A stretch of DNA of 64,000 nt from Macrostomum lignano. Lineage: Eukaryota. Below, in pieces: positions 60,711 through 64,000 of this stretch (position 1 is its first letter; the number at the start of each line of letters is the position of its first letter). The translations under genes and the position numbers were made by a program. Under the pieces are notes generated by a model, which worked only from the letters and a program-made list of their open reading frames with translations, was not told where the DNA came from and ran no database searches. The stretch is from assembly GCA_002269645.1 (NCBI GenBank), contig NIVC01000153.1:62001-126000 (forward strand). Reading direction: 5' to 3'.

Positions 60711-62589
60711 GGCAATGCTTATCCCCACGGTACCATAGGAATAATTTAATACCATAGTCTTATTCCAATAGCCATAGTGTGGATCATGCTAAGTGCATGC
60801 GAGAAACAACCCAAAGCTAATTCCCAAAAGCATGCCAACGACAAGCAAATGCACACCAATGCATGATTGCACGCCAATAAATTAAAATTCAAATTGAAGA
60901 CAAAAAACGTATTTTAAATTGCATTGTGTAAAACAAAGCAACAAACGATGTACAAAAGAAATGATATATCTTTAAAAACATGTATTTCTCATACATTAAT
61001 TTATTTAAAAGTCTTATACACTGTTTATTTACCATAGTTTTTTTCAAAAGTTAAATACAATAATACGTATTTTATGTCTGCTTACCATTGCATTGGCAGC
61101 TTTGCCACATCAGGTGCCAGGCACGCGGCACGCGGCGCATGCCAGGCACACCAGTGTATTTATGTAGGCCTAGTGTGCATTATGCATGCCAAATGCACAC
61201 CACTTACCTAATCGCACGCCGGTGCACGCCACTTTTGAAAATGCACGCGGGAAAATTCTTGCGTGCATTACATGATCTAAACTATGGTACAATAGTACCG
61301 TGGGAATAATTTTTTGCTTATGTGCATGGCACACTGATGAGATAGCTGGCCCATCTTCTACATATGCTGTGGGAATAATTTAGTTTAGTACCATAGTCAG
61401 GAAGGTGGCACAGTGTGTGCCAGAATAATTTTTGGGACGATTTATGCGCTATCTATGCGCCGTCTATGCGCCATTTGTGCACTGTCTGTGCGCCATCTGT
61501 GCGCTGTCTGTGTGCCACTCTTCACAAGTAGAGTTTTCTAAGAAAGGCCTTCATACAAAAAGCCTTTTTAAAATGTTACATATATTTTCATTTTAAACAA
61601 ACTTAAATTATACCTACAAATAGAGTAATGCAAAATTAACGTTTTTAGCAATAATTTATACTAATTTTATTTACTGTTAATTTTAAAGAAGCAAAAAGTT
61701 TATCACTGACTTTTTAGACTATACAAATCTCCTTTATTTTACCTAAAATTGTTAATTTGCATTACAATTTTCATGCATGTCAGGGATCTTATGCACCGCA
61801 ATTATGCGCCGCATGCACTAGGGACCTCAGTGTGCGCCATGATTGTGCGCCAAATGCACCAAGGACCCCTTGTGTGCGTCGCGCTCATACATGTGCAACC
61901 TCCAAAATTCGGTCAGCCATGCGACTTAGTTTTAACAAAAATGCGACGTAGTTTTTGGCCAAAAATGCGACTTACATATAAAAAAACCCGAAAGCAAAAT
62001 TAACGCAACTTTGGGTAAACGGCAGGAGTAACTATGACTGTTTTATTAAGCTAAAATGCCTCGTCAGCTACTTAGTACTACTCTTCAGGTTATTTTTTGG
62101 GTGGGCATTTTTGCGACTTCCTTGATTGGCCGCCAAATCGGTCAGCCGGATCGGCCGACTCGGCCGACTGTTGCGCATGTATGGTCGCGCTTATGCGCCA
62201 ATGTGCGCCGAGACCCTTTGTGTGCGTGGGAATTTTCCCCCTCAGAGGCCACCTTCCTGACTATGGGTTTAGTACTTACAGTTTAAGTGCAGTATAACAA
62301 CATAACTTTGCTTGACAATTTGTTTAATAGAAGTAAAGATTTAATGGCCTTTTTATGAAAAAAAATGCTGGTTGTGGTGTTGATCCAGATCAATAGCTTC
62401 TTAGTATCCTCAATTCAAATTCCCTTTCAAAAAGCTATAAACTATTTACGTACAGCATATATATATATGTAGAAGATATGGCAGCTATCTCGTCAGTGTG
62501 CCGTGTGGATAAGCAGAAAATTATTCCCACAGTACCATTGGAATAAGACAGAAATTATTCCTACGGTACCGTGGGGATAAGCACTGCCT
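60711..62589. mobile_element. Possible degenerate TIR/foldback element
   Basis: GGCAATGCTTATCCCCACGGTACCATAGGAATAATTT (60711-60747) is the near reverse complement of AAATTATTCCCTACGGTACCGTGGGGATAAGCACTGCC (62552-62589); internal partial copies of GTGGGAATAATTT. True ends not defined. Confidence 0.5.
62013..62075 (+). pseudogene. Short 28S rDNA fragment spanning the R2/I-PpoI target region
   Basis: GGGTAAACGGCAGGAGTAACTATGACT...AAATGCCTCGTCAGCTACTTAG versus recalled LSU consensus GGGTAAACGGCGGGAGTAACTATGACTCTCTTAAGGTAGCCAAATGCCTCGTCATCTAATTAG. Confidence 0.8.
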
Positions 62590-63077
62590 ATTTTTTTGCC
62601 TGTCAGCCTGTTTGCCACTTTTTGTCATCAATAGACAAAATGAGTTTTTTAAAAGAAAAAGCAAAATATAGCTATAGAACTTATAAAGCTTTTTTTCTAA
62701 TGAGATATTGCATGAATAACAAAAAATGACCCTTCTGGCTTTGGCTTCAATAATAGCCACTTCGGTAATTGCCATTTAGGTAATAAAGCACTATTAGGTC
62801 AACACCATAGTCAGGATAATGTACATTTTTGTGGAAATTCCCGGCGTACAATTGAAAATTTTACTTTTTTTGGCATACAATTGGTGTAAAAAATGAGGTA
62901 AAATATATTTGGCGTACCTTTTGGTGTGACACTATGGCATAAATATGCCAAGCAGCGTATGCCAACTCCAACATATACCATGACATGATCCTAACTAAGT
63001 GGTCAACATTATATCTTTATGGTAGTTAATTTTAACAACAATTAGTTTAATAATCAGCATTTTAAATATTTTATTGC

Positions 63078-63780
63078 TATGAGGGGTGTGCAAAAAGTTT
63101 TGGCTTCAATTGGTTCCCAATTGCAGATAAATTGTTAGTAAATCTTAAAACGTTATTAAAGTCCTTCAATGTAATCTCCGCCACGTTCTATGCATTTCTG
63201 TTGACGGCGGATCCATGCCTCGAAGGCAGCACGGTACTCTGAAGCTGGCATAGTGTTCAGCTCTGAATTAATGCGTCTTGGGGCCGCTGAAAATGGCATC
63301 TAGCCATGCGTTCAGTCAGCTTCGGGAATGCCCAGAAGTTGCAGGGTGCCAAATCAGGACTGTACAAAGGGTGCGGTATCACTTTAAGCTTGTTATGGGC
63401 CAAAAAGCTCGTTGTCATGGCCGCAGTGTGGCTGGAGGCATTGTCGTGGTGCAAGTGAATTCTGCCACTTTGGAGGTGGGTTGGCTGCTTTTCCATGACT
63501 GAAGCCACGACTTTAGGCAAAACCTCGCCAGTATAGAACGTGGCATTGACGTTCTGTGCATTTGGCACCATAACAACTGTCTCTGGCCCATTGATGCTGA
63601 AAAAGACAACAAACATCTGCTTGTTCAAAATGCTATAGGAAGCGAAAAAATCAATGCAATGAGCTGAAAATTTATGAACAAACGCAAAATATGGTCATAT
63701 TTATGAGATTAAAAAATGGTTACGTTTAAATAAACGTTTATTTAAAAAGTTGCCAAGACTTTTTGTGCACCCCTTGTATA
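63078..63780 (-). mobile_element. Internally deleted mariner (Tc1/mariner) transposon remnant
   Basis: ORF 63257..63628 has HHDNASSH and HPLYSPDLAPCNF; a shifted frame gives EAWIRRQQKCIERGGDYIEGL*. Degenerate TIRs TA-TGAGGGGTGTGCAAAAAGTTTTGGC and (reverse complement) TA-CAAGGGGTGCACAAAAAGTCTTGGC with TA ends. Confidence 0.88.
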
Positions 63781-64000
63781 TGTATTAAATTTTCTGGTTA
63801 AACTGTATTTAATTTGTTTAAACTTGCATGTTAATTTTGTAAAAAAATTGAAAACAAAGAAAATTGAGCAAAGTACCCTTTGAAAATTGAAATTATGAAA
63901 TAATAATATTATTACTTAATAGTACTATAATCCTATATACTAAAAATGAGTTGTCTGTATGTATCTAGCTATGCGATAGATTTTAGAAAAATGGCTCAAC

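Overview
Eukaryotic (animal) genomic DNA with spliceosomal GT-AG introns, GC-rich exons and introns packed with minisatellites. This style and a flatworm-like 18S fragment suggest Macrostomum lignano or a relative (inference only). Exon-by-exon reconstruction supports seven genes: a 16-exon kinesin-3 of the KIF28/KLP-6 type (+, 10657-24504) ending in a CaaX box; a low-complexity protein with a kinesin-13-like tail (-, 27348 to about 32270); intronless DCTN6 (+); 5-exon GMPPA (+, 38966-52835); a about 1586-aa coiled-coil protein with 32-aa repeats nested antisense in the 10.9-kb GMPPA intron 3; PAAF1 with apparent frameshifts (+); and 5-exon cystathionine gamma-lyase (-). Also present: two tRNA-derived SINE families (two copies each), MITE/foldback elements, a mariner remnant, 18S and 28S rDNA fragments, and about 25 tandem-repeat arrays that explain most long ORFs in the supplied track. 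The most unusual signals are two intronic segments that look like gene DNA only when read mirror-wise (reversed without complementing), the prenylation motif on the kinesin, and the nested coiled-coil gene. All alignments, family assignments and counts were done by eye or from memory of the families; no search was run.
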